Shown here one piece after another: positions 27,167 to 35,900 of a stretch of 64,000 nt of DNA; position 1 is the first letter of the stretch, and each line of letters begins with the position of its first letter. The position numbers and the translations under genes were made by a program. The stretch spans positions 25,197 through 89,196 of the forward strand of contig JAFXGK010000014.1 of the NCBI GenBank assembly GCA_017513245.1, written 5' to 3'. Source of the stretch: Clostridia bacterium. GTDB lineage: Bacteria; Bacillota; Clostridia; Oscillospirales; Acutalibacteraceae. Below the pieces are notes generated by a model. That model saw only the letters and a list, made by a program, of their open reading frames with translations, searched no databases and was not told the origin of the DNA.

Positions 27167-28807
27167 ATGAAGAAAAGTTTTCTTTCAATCGCATTAAAAT
27201 GGGCGATAACGTTGCTTGTTATCGGCGGATATTACTATTTCGTTCTGCCGCCCATCAATTTCCAGAGTAAGGATTTTTGGTTTTTTGTCGGATTCGCAAT
27301 AGTCGTAGGTGTTGGTATAAACGCCTTTGCGCAGATTTTAGAGTTCATTAAGGACAATAAAAACGCCACCGAAAAATCCAAAATACCGCATTTTGATTTC
27401 GGCTCGTTTAACAAACCCGTAAAGATAGCCTTGATTGCAGTTGTAGCAATTATCGCTTTAAGTGCAGTTGCTTCAATTGTCGGTTCACAGCTTTTTAATG
27501 CAAAGTCCTATAGGGATCTTATAATCTTTGAAGACGGCAATTTCATCGAGGAGGTTGCCGAAATCAGTCAGGACCAAATTCCCGTGGTTGACCGTGATAC
27601 CGCTTCGCGTTTAGGTCAGCGTAAACTGGGCGAAATGGCCGATTTGGTTTCGCAGTTCGAAATCGAAGAAATTTATACACAGATTAACTATAAAGGCAAG
27701 CCCGTAAGGGTTACTCCTTTAATGTACGGCGATATCATTAAGTGGATTAACAATCGCTCAGAAGGTATTCCCGCATATATCACCGTAGATATGACCACGC
27801 AGGAAACCGAACTTGTGCGTCTTGAAAAGGGCATAAAATACTCCGAAAGCGAGTACTTTATGCGTGACCTTAACCGTGCGCTCCGCTTTAAATATCCTAC
27901 CAAGATTTTTGATAATATCTCCTTCGAAATCGACGATGAGGGCACACCTTATTGGGTAGCGTCCGTAATTGATTTTAAAATCGGTTTTTGGAGCGGAAGC
28001 GATATTGACGGCGTAGTTATTATGAACGCGCAGACCGGTGAAAGCAAGTATTATAAGCTTGAGGACGTGCCTTCGTGGATCGATCAGGTGTTTGACTCAG
28101 ATATGATCGAACAACACCTTGTATATAACGGTAAATACCGTTCCGGATTCTTCAACTCCATTTTTGGTCAGCGAGGTGTGTTACAGCCCACCGACGGTTA
28201 TAATTATTTAGCGCTCGACGATGATGTATACTTGTATACCGGAATGACCTCGGTTACCAGTGATGAATCCAACGTTGGCTTCGTGCTTGTAAACCTTCGC
28301 ACCAAGGAAACCAAGTTCTATACCATTCCGGGCGCAGAGGAATATTCAGCCATGAGCTCTGCAGAGGGTCAGGTACAGCATCTTTCATATTCCTCAACCT
28401 TCCCGCTGCTTTTAAACGTTTCGGATAGGCCAACCTATTTTATGTCGCTTAAGGACAGTGCCGGTCTTGTAAAAATGTATGCGTTTGTCGATGTTAATCA
28501 GTATCAGATAGTAGGTACCGGCAACACGGTCGAAAGCGCTCGTGCTGATTATATTTCCAAGCTTAAAAAGGAAAACGTTTCCGACGCTCCCGAAACCGAA
28601 GATCAGGAGGTAGAGGGCGTTATAGCGGGCATTAGCTCTGCAGTCGTTGAAGGAAACACTACCTATTATATAAAACTGGAAAACGACGCTAACGTATATA
28701 CCGTGCTGGTTACCAAGTCCGATTTACTGCCCTTCGCAAAATCGGGCGATAGAGTAAAGATTACCGTTTCGGGCAAGACCGTAAACACGATTCAGTTTGT
28801 TGAATAA
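27167..28807 (+). CDS. membrane-anchored protein of unknown function (two N-terminal TM helices plus a large extracytoplasmic domain)
   Basis: AGGAG RBS. Hydrophobic segments at residues ~10-30 and ~38-58, with a third near residue 85. No catalytic motif recognised. Confidence 0.7.
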   Translation: MKKSFLSIALKWAITLLVIGGYYYFVLPPINFQSKDFWFFVGFAIVVGVGINAFAQILEFIKDNKNATEKSKIPHFDFGSFNKPVKIALIAVVAIIALSAVASIVGSQLFNAKSYRDLIIFEDGNFIEEVAEISQDQIPVVDRDTASRLGQRKLGEMADLVSQFEIEEIYTQINYKGKPVRVTPLMYGDIIKWINNRSEGIPAYITVDMTTQETELVRLEKGIKYSESEYFMRDLNRALRFKYPTKIFDNISFEIDDEGTPYWVASVIDFKIGFWSGSDIDGVVIMNAQTGESKYYKLEDVPSWIDQVFDSDMIEQHLVYNGKYRSGFFNSIFGQRGVLQPTDGYNYLALDDDVYLYTGMTSVTSDESNVGFVLVNLRTKETKFYTIPGAEEYSAMSSAEGQVQHLSYSSTFPLLLNVSDRPTYFMSLKDSAGLVKMYAFVDVNQYQIVGTGNTVESARADYISKLKKENVSDAPETEDQEVEGVIAGISSAVVEGNTTYYIKLENDANVYTVLVTKSDLLPFAKSGDRVKITVSGKTVNTIQFVE

Positions 28808-28839
28808 TAACCGTAAAATAAAAAACTGTGCAGTTTGGC

Positions 28840-29067
28840 GTGATACTCCAAGCGGAGCATCACGCCAGTTCTATTCGCCTGCGGCGAGTTTTATTGCTGC
28901 GCAGTGTTATTCGGCTTACGCCGAGTGATATTTGCTTCGCAAGTTTATGGCGAATAGAATATCACTGAAGCCGTAAGGCTTCAATATCACTTTCTTTTGG
29001 AAAAATCTCGTCATAGACGAGGAATTTTCAAAAGAAAATATCACGCTGACTTTAGTCAGCATATCAC
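28840..29067. repeat. array of short GC-rich hairpins separated by GTKWTAT / ATATCAC heptamers (REP/BIME-like)
   Basis: The first half has GTTCTAT, GTTTTAT, GTGTTAT and GTGATAT, each followed by a 3-5-bp-stem hairpin (28868-28942). The second half has four exact ATATCAC copies (28959, 28984, 29038, 29061) separated by hairpins. ATATCAC is the reverse complement of GTGATAT. Confidence 0.6.
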
Positions 29068-29081
29068 TTACACACATAAAG

Positions 29082-29120
29082 AAAGAGAAGACTCGTAATT
29101 AAAACGAATCTTCTCTTTTT
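29082..29120 (+). terminator. intrinsic terminator-like hairpin downstream of the hairpin array
   Basis: aaagagaagactcg / cgaatcttctcttt 14-bp stem (1 mismatch) running into TTTTTCT. Confidence 0.5.
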
Positions 29121-29399
29121 CTGCTTCTGTGGGTTTGGGCTACCGCCCAAGTGTATTTGTACTTACAAATGCGATGCCGGTTCTCAACAAGATTTGAAAG
29201 AATTTTCAAATTCTCCGTTAGGGATAACACGCGTTTTCTGCACAGTTTTTATTTTTATACCGCCGTTTAAATAAGGTTGACGGTGTTTTAAAACACCTTT
29301 ATCCGAAAAGGGAAAGTCCCCTAAAAAATGAGGTTGTTATTTTTTTAACAAAAATTTTGGCAAAAAATAAAAAACATTGACAAACATTTAACAAACCTA

Positions 29400-29428
29400 T
29401 TGACTTTACTGTTTTCTTTTAATATAAT
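29400..29428 (+). promoter_or_regulatory. sigma-A promoter for serC-serA (TTGACT-17 nt-TATAAT)
   Basis: TTGACT at 29400-29405 and TATAAT at 29423-29428. Confidence 0.55.
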
Positions 29429-29458
29429 GTAGCAAATGTTTTTTTGGAGGTCATTATT

Positions 29459-30544
29459 ATGTCTAGAGTTTACAACTTCAGTGCGGGCCCTTCCATGCTT
29501 CCCGAGGAAGTACTTAAAACCTGCGCAGCCGAAATGTTAGAATTCGGAACCACCGGTCAGTCCGTTATGGAAATGTCCCACCGTTCCAAGGAATATCAGG
29601 CAATCTTTGATGAAACCGAAGCAACCCTTCGTCAGCTTATGAATATTCCCGATGAGTATGCGGTTCTTTTCCTGCAGGGAGGAGCATCTTCTCAGTTTGC
29701 AATGCTTCCCTTAAACCTTATGAACAAGAATAAGAAGGCTGACTTCGTTGTTACCGGTCAGTGGGCTAAGAAGGCATACCAGGAGGCTGCCCGTTACGGC
29801 GAGGCAAAGGTTATCGCATCTTCTGCAGATAAAACCTTCTCCTACATTCCTAAGCTCGATAAGTCTACCTTTACTCCCGATGCAGACTATTTCCATATCT
29901 GCATGAATAACACCATCTACGGTACCAAGTGGCACGAGCTGCCCGACACCGGCAATGTTCCGCTCGTAGCCGATATCTCCAGCTGCATGCTGTCCGAGCC
30001 GATCGACGTTAAGAAGTTCGGCGTACTTTACGGCGGCGCACAGAAGAACGTTGCTCCCGCAGGTCTTACCATCGTTATCATCCGTAAGGACCTTCTCGGC
30101 AACGCTATGGATATTACCCCCACAATGTTCAACTACGTTACCCATGCTGACAACGGCTCTATGTTCAATACTCCGCCCTGCTACACCATCTACGTTGCAG
30201 GCCTCGTAATGAAGTGGATCCGCGACACTATGGGCGGCCTTGAGAATATGAAGAAGTACAATGAAGAGAAGGCTAAGCTTCTCTACGACTTCCTTGACAA
30301 CAGCAAGCTCTTCAAGGGCACCGTTGTTCCCGAGGACCGTTCTCTTATGAACGTACCCTTCATCACCGGCAGCGATGAACTCGACGCTGAGTTTGTTGCC
30401 GCTTCCAAGAAGGCAGGCTTCGTAAACCTTAAGGGTCACCGTTCGGTTGGCGGTATGCGCGCATCCATCTACAACGCAATGCCCATCGAAGGCGTTCGCA
30501 AGCTTGTTGACTTCATGAATGAGTTTGAAAAGGAGCATAAATAA
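29459..30544 (+). CDS. serC: phosphoserine aminotransferase
   Basis: MSRVYNFSAGPSMLPEEVL N-terminus. GGAGG lies 8 nt before the ATG at 29459. Confidence 0.95.
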   Translation: MSRVYNFSAGPSMLPEEVLKTCAAEMLEFGTTGQSVMEMSHRSKEYQAIFDETEATLRQLMNIPDEYAVLFLQGGASSQFAMLPLNLMNKNKKADFVVTGQWAKKAYQEAARYGEAKVIASSADKTFSYIPKLDKSTFTPDADYFHICMNNTIYGTKWHELPDTGNVPLVADISSCMLSEPIDVKKFGVLYGGAQKNVAPAGLTIVIIRKDLLGNAMDITPTMFNYVTHADNGSMFNTPPCYTIYVAGLVMKWIRDTMGGLENMKKYNEEKAKLLYDFLDNSKLFKGTVVPEDRSLMNVPFITGSDELDAEFVAASKKAGFVNLKGHRSVGGMRASIYNAMPIEGVRKLVDFMNEFEKEHK

Positions 30545-31710
30545 TGTTTAACATTAAGACCTATAATAAAATTTCCCAGAACGGACTTTCCTTACTTCCC
30601 GCCGACGCTTATACCGTAGGCGACGAGGTAGCAAGTCCCGACGGCGCAGTAGTTCGTTCTGCTTCGCTTCACGATACCGAGTTTGATCCCAACTTAAAGG
30701 CCATCGCCCGTGCAGGCGCAGGTACCAATAACATTCCGATCGACCGTTGCTCTGAAAACGGTATCGTAGTTTTCAACACCCCCGGTGCAAACGCAAACGC
30801 AGTTAAAGAACTCGTTATCGCAGGTCTTTTACTTTCTTCGCGTAAGGTTATCGCAGGTATCGAATGGGCCAAGACCTTAAAGGGTAACGGCGCAGAGGTT
30901 GGAAAGATGGTTGAAAAGGGCAAGAGTGCCTTTACCGGTCCCGAAATCCTCGGCAAGAGCATCGGTATCATCGGCCTTGGCGCTATCGGCGTTTTGGTTG
31001 CCAATGCCGCTAACAAGCTTGGCATGAAGGTATACGGCTACGACCCGTATCTTTCGCTCAACTCCGCATGGCACCTCACCCATAACGCTATCCACGCTAT
31101 GGATTTAAAGGAAATCTACGAGAAGTGCGACTACATCTCGGTACACGTTCCGCTCACTAAGGACACTAAGGGCTTCATCAATAGCGAGACTATTGCTAAG
31201 ATGAAGGACGGCGTTCGCATCCTTAACTTCGCTCGTGGCGACCTCGTTAACAATGACGATCTTAAGGCCGCTCTCGAGACCGGCAAGGTTGCAGCCTACG
31301 TAACCGATTTCCCCGCAGATGATATTCTTGATGTTAACGGCGTAATCGCAATTCCTCACCTTGGCGCATCTACTCCCGAGGCAGAGGAGAACTGCGCAGT
31401 TATGGCTGTTCGCGAGCTTTCCGATTACCTTGAGAACGGTAACATCACCAACTCGGTTAACCTGCCCGAGGCATTTATGCCCCGCAGCGGTGAAACACGC
31501 ATCTGCGTAATTCATAAGAACCAGCCCAATATTCTTTCTCGCATTACTACTGCTGTTGCCGAAGGAAACGTTAATATTGAAAACCTTATTAACAAGTCCA
31601 GAGGCGATTATGCTTACACTATGATTGATGCCGGCGCGGTTGATAAGGCAAAGGTTGAAGAAACCATCACCGCCATCGGCAGCGACGTTATCCGCGTAAG
31701 AATAATATAA
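30544..31710 (+). CDS. serA: D-3-phosphoglycerate dehydrogenase (short form with a C-terminal ACT domain)
   Basis: NAD-binding GIIGLGAIG, a 2-hydroxyacid dehydrogenase catalytic region, and an ACT-like tail. The start overlaps the serC stop. Confidence 0.9.
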   Translation: MFNIKTYNKISQNGLSLLPADAYTVGDEVASPDGAVVRSASLHDTEFDPNLKAIARAGAGTNNIPIDRCSENGIVVFNTPGANANAVKELVIAGLLLSSRKVIAGIEWAKTLKGNGAEVGKMVEKGKSAFTGPEILGKSIGIIGLGAIGVLVANAANKLGMKVYGYDPYLSLNSAWHLTHNAIHAMDLKEIYEKCDYISVHVPLTKDTKGFINSETIAKMKDGVRILNFARGDLVNNDDLKAALETGKVAAYVTDFPADDILDVNGVIAIPHLGASTPEAEENCAVMAVRELSDYLENGNITNSVNLPEAFMPRSGETRICVIHKNQPNILSRITTAVAEGNVNIENLINKSRGDYAYTMIDAGAVDKAKVEETITAIGSDVIRVRII

Positions 31711-31725
31711 CGGAGGGAATAAGAA

Positions 31726-32550
31726 GTGCCTCAGAACACACACGCGCGCAAAAAGCGCAGAGGTTCTTCCGCCCGTCGAGCTGTAATTTCTCTGTTGATA
31801 GTTACGATGATTCTCCTCATCGTAACTATCGCTTTATTGGTGGAAAATTTAAGCCTTCGCGCACAGCTTGCCGAACCGGAAGATAATAGCTCCGCAAATT
31901 CGCAGATATCCGATACCGTTTCGGACAACAGCTCCGAAGAATCAAGCTCTAAAGCTCCCACGGTAGCAGCGGCTGACAAATGGAAACTCCGCGTTGCCAA
32001 TTCCGAAAACGTGCTTCCTGCCGACTTCTCGGTGGAAACCGGACTTATTACTCCGGCCTACGCACGTGACCAGGGTATGAGTTTCGACGCTCGTGCAGTC
32101 GGCGACCTTAACGCCATGCTTGCCGCCGCAAATAAAGATGGCGTAAATCTGCTTGTAATTTCGTGTTTCCGCACCCTTACCAAGCAGACCAATCTCTATA
32201 ACGCCGAGGTTCAAAAGTGGCTTAACCGCGGTTATAGCGAAGAAAACGCCAAGGCAAAGGCCGCTACCATTGTTGCCGTTCCCGGAACGAGCGACCATAA
32301 CTTAGGCCTTGCCGTCGATTTAAACTCGGTTGAGGAATCATTTGAAAACACCAAGCAGTTTGATTGGCTGCAGGAGCATGCCGCAGAATACGGCTTTGTT
32401 ATGCGTTATCCCAAGCACAAGCAGGAGATAACCAAAATCATCTACGAGCCGTGGCATTACCGCTACGTAGGCAAGGAGCATGCGGCCAAAATGAACGAAC
32501 TCGATATGTGTCTTGAGGAATATGTTGAATATTTAGGTATCGAGTTTTAA
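31726..32550 (+). CDS. VanY-type D-alanyl-D-alanine carboxypeptidase (M15B) with an N-terminal TM anchor
   Basis: SCFRT...Q, GTSDHNLGLAVD and EPWHYRYVG motifs. GTG start 8 nt after GGAGGG. Confidence 0.8.
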   Translation: MPQNTHARKKRRGSSARRAVISLLIVTMILLIVTIALLVENLSLRAQLAEPEDNSSANSQISDTVSDNSSEESSSKAPTVAAADKWKLRVANSENVLPADFSVETGLITPAYARDQGMSFDARAVGDLNAMLAAANKDGVNLLVISCFRTLTKQTNLYNAEVQKWLNRGYSEENAKAKAATIVAVPGTSDHNLGLAVDLNSVEESFENTKQFDWLQEHAAEYGFVMRYPKHKQEITKIIYEPWHYRYVGKEHAAKMNELDMCLEEYVEYLGIEF

Positions 32551-32557
32551 TTTTCTC

Positions 32558-32585
32558 TTGACAAACCGAAAAAATGTGTTAAAAT
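32558..32585 (+). promoter_or_regulatory. promoter of the infC-rpmI-rplT operon (TTGACA, extended -10 TGTTAAAAT)
   Basis: TTGACA at 32558-32563, a 16-nt spacer, and TG-n-TAAAAT at 32577-32585. Confidence 0.55.
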
Positions 32586-32735
32586 ACTAAATGACAATAA
32601 AGCAGATACGGTTTTCCGTTCTCACCCCGAGGCATAGACTTACAGGGTTAATAAGTTTTCTATTTTAACCAAATGGACTTATTATGCGTGGACGGATTAT
32701 ACTGTCCACGCTTTTTATTTTGGAGGTGTTTACCA
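32586..32735 (+). promoter_or_regulatory. leader with a terminator hairpin directly before the infC RBS (L20-leader-type attenuator)
   Basis: gcgtggac...gtccacgc stem (32686-32711) plus TTTTTATTTT, ending 2 nt before GGAGG. This matches the arrangement of the Firmicute L20-responsive leader. Confidence 0.5.
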
Positions 32736-33254
32736 ATTAGCAGCAAAGAAATTGCCATCAACGAAGAAATCCGCTTTAAAGAGGTCAGAGTCATCGACTC
32801 GGACGGCTCTCAGCTCGGAATACTTCCGCTGAAGGACGCTTTAAAAGCAGCGTATGAAAAGGACCTGGATCTTGTTAACATCGCTCCTACGGCCAATCCG
32901 CCCGTTTGCAAAATAATGGACTACGGAAAGTACCGTTTTGAGCAGGCCAAGCGTGAAAAGGAAGCCAAGAAGAATCAAAAGGTTGTAGAGATTAAAGAGA
33001 TTCGTTTGGGTCTCAGCATCGATACACACGACTTTGAAACCAAGGGCAACCAAGCCAAGAAGTTCTTGGCCGCAGGCAATAAGGTAAAGGTTTCTATCCG
33101 CTTCCGTGGACGTGAAATGGGTCATCCCGAAATCGGCCTTGACACCATGAATCGCTTTGCAGAGTACTGCTCGGAGGCGTCGGTTGTTGAAAAGCCTGCT
33201 AAGATGGAGGGCAGAAACATGCTTATGTTCCTCGCTCCGAAGCCTACTAAATAG
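32736..33254 (+). CDS. infC: translation initiation factor IF-3, ATT start codon
   Basis: ISSKEIAINEEIRFKEVRVIDSDG matches the IF-3 N-terminus. The ATT lies 9 nt after GGAGG. The ATG at 32673 would sit inside the attenuator hairpin region. Confidence 0.9.
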   Translation: MSSKEIAINEEIRFKEVRVIDSDGSQLGILPLKDALKAAYEKDLDLVNIAPTANPPVCKIMDYGKYRFEQAKREKEAKKNQKVVEIKEIRLGLSIDTHDFETKGNQAKKFLAAGNKVKVSIRFRGREMGHPEIGLDTMNRFAEYCSEASVVEKPAKMEGRNMLMFLAPKPTK

Positions 33255-33280
33255 TTGTATATTAAAGGGAGGATTTAATA

Positions 33281-33478
33281 ATGCCTAAGATTAAAACACA
33301 CAGCGGTGCAAAAAAGCGTTTTAAGCTTACCAAGACCGGCAAGGTTAAGCGTGCACATGCTTACAAATCGCACATCCTGAACAAGAAGACTACCAAGCGT
33401 AAGAGAAATCTTCGCAAGACTGTGGTTGCGCACACAACAAATGTAGCAGCAGTCAAGAAAATGATTCCCTACAAGTAA
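33281..33478 (+). CDS. rpmI: 50S ribosomal protein L35
   Basis: [24 protein letters not shown] signature; 65 aa. Confidence 0.95.
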   Translation: MPKIKTHSGAKKRFKLTKTGKVKRAHAYKSHILNKKTTKRKRNLRKTVVAHTTNVAAVKKMIPYK

Positions 33479-33513
33479 AGGGAAATTAAGAGAATTAACG
33501 GAGGTTGCTGTAA

Positions 33514-33873
33514 ATGGCACGAGTAAAAGGTGCGTTAGCCACACGCAAAAGAAGAAAAAAGACTTTAAAACTCGCTAAGGGTTATTTTGGTGCAAAATCC
33601 AAGCTTTTCAGAACTGCTAAAGAAGCTGTTATGAAGTCGGGCAATTATGCCTACATCGGACGTCGTCTTAAGAAGCGCGATTTCCGTCGTCTTTGGATCA
33701 CCCGTATTTCCGCTGCTGCAAAGCAGAACGGCATGAATTATTCCACATTCATGAACGGTCTTAAGAAGGCCGGCGTACAGTTAAACCGCAAGATGCTCGC
33801 TGAGCTGGCTGTAAATGATGCTGCCGGTTTTGCTACACTTGCCGAAACTGCAAAGAAGGCTTTAAGCAAATAA
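33514..33873 (+). CDS. rplT: 50S ribosomal protein L20
   Basis: [26 protein letters not shown] signature; 119 aa. Confidence 0.95.
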   Translation: MARVKGALATRKRRKKTLKLAKGYFGAKSKLFRTAKEAVMKSGNYAYIGRRLKKRDFRRLWITRISAAAKQNGMNYSTFMNGLKKAGVQLNRKMLAELAVNDAAGFATLAETAKKALSK

Positions 33874-33881
33874 TGTTTTTA

Positions 33882-33920
33882 CGCCCGAGGGATAACTTTA
33901 CTCTCGGGCGACCTTTTTTT
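33882..33920 (+). terminator. intrinsic terminator after rplT
   Basis: cgcccgag...ctcgggcg stem followed by a T7 run. Confidence 0.75.
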
Positions 33921-33945
33921 AAACACTTCGCAAGGCGGTGGTGTT

Positions 33946-34722
33946 TTGTCGACAGAATTCACTAAAATTACAAGCAAGGATAACTCCTTAATAAAGCTGA
34001 TAAATCAGCTGAATAATTCCGGCCGTTCCCGAAAGGAGCACGGTCTTTTCGTCATTGAAGGATTACGTCTTTGCCGTGATGCCGCCGAAAACGGATACGA
34101 GTTTGAAACGCTCGTAATATCCGAAACAGCGCAGGAAAAGTACGGTGACGATATTCTGCTTTTATCAAAGCAGGCTAAAAAGGCATATTTGGTAACCGAC
34201 AGTGTTTTCACCAAAATATCGGATACCAAGTCGCCGCAGGGAATTATCTGCCTTGTAAAGAGGGAAGACGTAAAGCACAATATCGACCCACGCGGCCGAT
34301 ATATAGCGCTCGAAAACGTATCCGATCCTTCCAACCTCGGCGCCGTTGCACGAACAGCCGAAGCCTTTGGCATCAGCGGTATTATCGTCTCGTCGAACGG
34401 ATGCGATCCCTTTGCCCCCAAGTCGCTTCGTGCTTCTATGGGTGCTTTGTTGCGTCTGCCCGTAATTGTTTTAGATGATTTTGTGTCAGAACTGAAATCG
34501 AGTGGTTTATCTCTTTATGCCTGCGTTGTTACCGAGGCTTTGTCGGTTACCGATGTTAACTTTGCCGACGGCTGTGCCGCCCTTATCGGCAATGAGGCAA
34601 ACGGCCTTACAAGCGAAGCCATTGCCGCCGCAACACCCATAACCATCAAGATGACGGGTCGCGCAGAGTCGCTTAATGCTGCCGTTGCCGCATCAATAGT
34701 TATGTGGGAGATGCAGAGGTAG
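33946..34722 (+). CDS. TrmH/SpoU-family RNA 2'-O-methyltransferase
   Basis: SpoU motifs LENVSDPSNLGAVARTAEAFG, ALIGNEANGL and SLNAAVAASI. TTG start. Confidence 0.85.
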   Translation: MSTEFTKITSKDNSLIKLINQLNNSGRSRKEHGLFVIEGLRLCRDAAENGYEFETLVISETAQEKYGDDILLLSKQAKKAYLVTDSVFTKISDTKSPQGIICLVKREDVKHNIDPRGRYIALENVSDPSNLGAVARTAEAFGISGIIVSSNGCDPFAPKSLRASMGALLRLPVIVLDDFVSELKSSGLSLYACVVTEALSVTDVNFADGCAALIGNEANGLTSEAIAAATPITIKMTGRAESLNAAVAASIVMWEMQR

Positions 34723-34725
34723 ACT

Positions 34726-35889
34726 ATGAAATACAGTGTTTGGCTTCAGGGAGTTTTGGGCTACGGCTACGGAAAAGCCGCCGCTATATATGACCGCTTC
34801 GGTTCTGCCAAAGGCGTCTACGATGCCGATGAGGAACGTCTTTACAACAGCGGTCTTTTCACAAAAACGGCCTTTTCTCGCGCCAAGGACAAATCCCTTG
34901 CGGAGGCCGAAAGTATTTTGGCTTATTGCAAAGAGCAGGGGATAGAAATTATCCCGTACGGAGACACGCGTTATCCCATCGGTTTTTCGCAAATCCCCGA
35001 TTTTCCAATTGTTATTTACGCTAAGGGTTCTCTTCCCAGTTTGGAAGAAATCCCTTCGGTTTGTATTGTAGGTCCACGCAAGTGTTCGGATTTTGGTGTC
35101 AAAGCGGCATATTCGCTTTCGTCGCGTCTGGCTCGCGGCGGTATGGCGGTCGTCAGCGGTGGCGCACTCGGCGTTGACAGTGCGGCGCATAAGGGCGCGC
35201 TTGCCGAAAACGGTGTTACCGTGCTTATTATGCCGTGCGGCTTTGGCTACGATTATCTGTCCGAAAACGAAAATTTGCGTGAAAATATAATATTAAACGG
35301 CGGCGCCGTAATAACCGAATTTTCACCTAAAACGCCGGTAGGAAGATCAGCTTTTCAGGTCAGAAACAGACTTATGTCGGCGCTTACACTTGGTACCGTG
35401 ATAATTGAAGCAGGCGAGCGCAGCGGTGCGCTTATAACTGCGCGCCACGCACTCGAGCAGGGCAAGGATATATTCGTAATTCCGGGTAATCCCACTCTGC
35501 CGCAGTACATAGGTTCAAATAACCTTTTGCGTGACGGTGCAAAGCCTCTTTTAACCGCTAAGGACGTTTTCTTTGAATATCTCGGCGCCTACAAAGATAA
35601 ACTGGATATAGAAAAAGCTTACAGTCGCCCAAGCGGCAAGAGGGAATTACCCCCTGAAATCGCCGCCACGGAGCCGGAAAACGTGCCCGCAAAAGAAATA
35701 AACCTTTCGGGTCTTTCGCAAACCGCGGTCTCGCTTTACAATGCGGCCCCGACGGATGCGTTTTGCGTGGACGAACTGAGCGTTTTCTGTGATTATGATG
35801 CAAATGAACTTATGATTGCCATGACCGAACTTGAACTCGCAGGAGTTGTAAAGGCGGTTCCGGGCGGTCGCTATCTTAAACTACAATAA
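34726..35889 (+). CDS. dprA: DNA processing protein DprA/Smf
   Basis: IVGPRKCSDFG...VVSGGALGVDSAAHKGAL Rossmann core and a C-terminal winged-helix-like tail. Confidence 0.9.
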   Translation: MKYSVWLQGVLGYGYGKAAAIYDRFGSAKGVYDADEERLYNSGLFTKTAFSRAKDKSLAEAESILAYCKEQGIEIIPYGDTRYPIGFSQIPDFPIVIYAKGSLPSLEEIPSVCIVGPRKCSDFGVKAAYSLSSRLARGGMAVVSGGALGVDSAAHKGALAENGVTVLIMPCGFGYDYLSENENLRENIILNGGAVITEFSPKTPVGRSAFQVRNRLMSALTLGTVIIEAGERSGALITARHALEQGKDIFVIPGNPTLPQYIGSNNLLRDGAKPLLTAKDVFFEYLGAYKDKLDIEKAYSRPSGKRELPPEIAATEPENVPAKEINLSGLSQTAVSLYNAAPTDAFCVDELSVFCDYDANELMIAMTELELAGVVKAVPGGRYLKLQ

Positions 35890-35900
35890 GGAGTATGAAA

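Noticed and set aside
28840-29067. A possible CRISPR array, because short repeats alternate with unique segments.
   Set aside because: The repeats are only 7 nt long and the intervening segments are themselves palindromic hairpins of irregular length (9-47 nt). Repeat orientation flips mid-array, and no cas genes are present in the window.
29130-29150. A possible T-box riboswitch upstream of serC. tgggctaccgccc resembles the GGUGGUACCGCG T-box core at about 8 of 12 positions.
   Set aside because: I could find no specifier-loop/Stem I features. The only terminator-like hairpin lies upstream rather than downstream of the motif, and the serC promoter (29400-29428) is downstream of it, so it would not be in the serC leader.
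29282-29297. The 16-bp perfect palindrome ggtgttttaaaacacc as a regulator operator for serCA.
   Set aside because: One perfect 16-bp palindrome is roughly what chance predicts in 64 kb of sequence. It lies about 100 bp upstream of the -35, is AT-rich in its core and has no second copy, so it is mentioned only as context.
32673-32735. The ATG at 32673 as the infC start, as given in the ORF track.
   Set aside because: The encoded MDLLCVDGLYCPRFLFWRCLP has no IF-3 similarity and overlaps the leader terminator hairpin. The GGAGG RBS is positioned for the ATT at 32736.
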